From Podarcis tiliguerta (taxonomy: Eukaryota), in the NCBI GenBank assembly GCA_965153285.1, contig OZ229111.1: a stretch of DNA of 64,000 nt; one strand, given 5' to 3'. Below are positions 62,020-64,000 of the stretch, piece by piece. The position numbers and the translations under genes were made by a program. The notes under the pieces were generated by a model that was not told the origin of the DNA, ran no database searches, and was given only the letters and a program-made list of their open reading frames with translations. How positions within the stretch are numbered: the first letter of the stretch is position 1; every line of letters begins with the position of its first letter.

Positions 62020-62790
62020 GCGCTGTTATCTTGGACACAAATAACTCCTCTTATTTGCCCCGAATTCAGCGCACTTTGCTCATTTCACCATCTTCTGGCT
62101 GTGCTTATGCTTATTTATATACACAGGCATGCACCTCCCTAATCGGACGAAGCTTCTGCTCATCGCCCCGCTCATCTCACTGCTCATCGCCCCGCTCCTG
62201 GCTCGAGACTACGAGGCAGCCAAGCGACCTTCCGGCCGACTAAAGGAAACTTCTTCCCTCTCTTCTCTCTCAGCAGCCGACGCGTGTTGGCTCGCTACGG
62301 GCACAACCAATTTCTCGGTTGTGGGGGGAGGCGCGGAGAGAGAATAGCGGGAGGAAGAGAGGAATGCAGCGAAGTGAGATGCCGAGAAGAAGTCAGACGA
62401 GGAAGGGGGGAGGGAAATCTAGGTAGTATCCAAGAAGGCTGCTTGCTTGGGGTAAAGAGGCAGCGGCGTGTCTCCCCGCAGCGCTCCGGAATGGTTCGGT
62501 CCCCTTAGCAACCGTCCCCGGCGTCTGTGGCTTGGAGACCAAAGCGGTTTCCCGGCGCAGGAGGAGGGGGAGGCCGGGCAGGTTGGTGCGTACACCTGCG
62601 CGCTTACTGGGTGGGACTGGGGGAAATGGGCAGACGGGGGAGGCCTGGGGGGGGGGGTGTCCCAAATGGGATGGGTAGCGGACGGGGATGATAGGGGAAT
62701 GCACAGAAGGGAGCGCGCTTTGGCTCTGGGGTCCTGCTTGGAAGCGCCCCACAGGCACCTGAGCTGGCGAGTGGGCCCAAGTTGACCGGC
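62020..62790. promoter_or_regulatory. CpG island / probable promoter of an unidentified gene
   Basis: Sharp CpG and GC enrichment against a CpG-depleted background, not explained by a recognisable TE. CCAAT at 62307-62311, ETS-like CTTCCGG at 62229-62235, GC-rich boxes. Candidate + strand donors at 62422/62423 (CTAG|GTAGTA) and 62451/62452 (TGGG|GTAAAG). Confidence 0.75.
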
Positions 62791-62935
62791 TCTTCTCATG
62801 CTCTTCATTGCTGAAGCACCTGCTTTCCCCCAGCCTCTGTGCTTCTGGAGGCCTTTGCTTGGAATCACAAGCTGGCAGGGGTGCCAACTTGAATAAAATA
62901 TGGGGGGGGCAGGTAAGCTCCACCTTGCATAATTA

Positions 62936-63281
62936 AAGGTAAAGGGACCCCTGACCATTAGGTCCAGTCGTAGCTGACTCTAGGGTTGCACACTCATCTC
63001 GCTTTATTGGCCGAGGGAGCCGGCGTACAGCTTCCGGGTCGTGTGGCCGGCATGACTAAGCCGCTTCTGGCAAACCAGAGCAGTGCACGGAAACGTTTGC
63101 CTTCCCGCCAGAGTGGTATCTATTTATCTACTTGCACTTTGACATGCTTTCAAACTGCTAGGTTGGCAGGAGCAGGGACTGAGCAATGGGAGCTCACCCC
63201 ATCATGGGGATTCGAACAGCCGACCTTCTGATCAGCAAGTCCTAGGCTCTGTGGTTTAACCCACAGCGCCACCCGCGTCCC
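62936..63281 (-). mobile_element. Sauria SINE, full length
   Basis: Head gggacgcgggtggcgctgtgggttaaacc with TSD accttgcataat(ta) on both sides. Confidence 0.93.
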
Positions 63282-63293
63282 ACCTTGCATAAT

Positions 63294-63435
63294 TAGGGTT
63301 GCCATATTTCAAAAAGTAAAAACCAGGACACCCCAAAAGTTAGGAAGACTGCAGCTGTTGAGCCCAATTGTTGACCCCAAAGTTCCCCCCAGATGTCAAT
63401 TCTGCCTTTGAAGATCTGAACGTATGGCAGCCCTG
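63294..63435. mobile_element. hAT MITE
   Basis: TIRs tagggttgccata / tatggcagccctg with a perfect 8-bp TSD tgcataat (63286-63293, 63436-63443). Confidence 0.88.
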
Positions 63436-64000
63436 TGCATAATCAATCACAACGTGGTGCGCACACACCATTTGAATGGTAATGAGGGGGGGCAGCCCCC
63501 TCAAATATTTTATTGGGGTGGACTGAAGACCCCTTGGCCCATAGGAGTTGATGCCTATTCAAGCTGTGGGGAAGCATTGCTACACTGGGGGGAACATTGC
63601 TTGAGGGCTTCCAGTGGGCATCTAGGTTGCCCTCTGTGGCAGAGCAGGGTGCTGCAATGGATGGGCCATTGGCCTGATGCAGCAGGCCTCTTTTGTATGT
63701 TTCTCTGATTTACCCAGCCAGAGCTGGAAAGCAGGACAGGTCCTGATCCATTTGCCGAGCCATTACAACCTAATGCGTTGGTCAGAAGATGCTGAAGTTA
63801 GCTAACCTGACCTGGCCAGCAAGGGCATTCCTGGACCTCTGAAAGATCCTCCCAGGGAAGTTTCTGAAGTCATCACACTACTGTAATAAAACACCTAGGT
63901 GTATTTCAGCAAGGATACAGTGTGCCTTTGATTTGGCCTATCTTAGCCAGTGAAATGACTGGGTTTTACTTTAATGTCATCATGCCGTTTTCCATCTTTG

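Larger units (their letters stand above)
62876..63559. mobile_element. hAT-like host element carrying nested SINE and MITE
   Basis: Ends caggggtgccaact / agttgatgcctat with 7/8 TSD caagctgg/caagctgt. The interior is interrupted at a single site by two insertions. Confidence 0.65.

Noticed and set aside
62393-62958. 176-179-aa minus-strand ORFs
   Set aside because: Low-complexity Pro/Ala-rich frames are expected in a GC-rich island; no domain or splice support.
1-64000. CRISPR array, operon, prophage or endogenous viral ORF
   Set aside because: Vertebrate DNA with no repeat-spacer array. The repeats I could classify are SINE, LINE, MITE or microsatellite, and I recognised no viral protein motifs.

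Overview
This is eukaryotic vertebrate genomic DNA, not prokaryotic. The repeats (Sauria SINE, Squam3-type SINE, BovB, CR1, L2, RTE-X, many hAT and Tc1/mariner MITEs) point to a squamate reptile, probably a lacertid lizard (inference). I can support one protein-coding gene: a minus-strand, four-coding-exon BTB-BACK-Kelch (KLHL-family) gene, join(complement 44764-44848, 44301-44379, 41841-42068, 38843-40283). It totals 1833 nt, or 610 aa plus stop, with GT-AG introns in consistent phases. I cannot assign it to a named KLHL paralogue. The first ~38 kb has no recognisable exons. It is a mosaic of transposon fragments and TE-free blocks rich in homeodomain, E-box, SOX and MEIS motifs that resemble developmental enhancers (conservation untested). 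A CpG-island promoter of an unidentified gene lies at ~62.0-62.8 kb, a strong CTCF-like motif at 59757-59775, and an assembly gap at 54804-54935. Nearly all short ORFs in the supplied track are spurious or TE-derived. I found no evidence of a new multi-gene system. The best leads are the divergent KLHL gene, a 171-nt hairpin in its last intron, inverted SINEs flanking its first two coding exons, and several young or nested transposon insertions.
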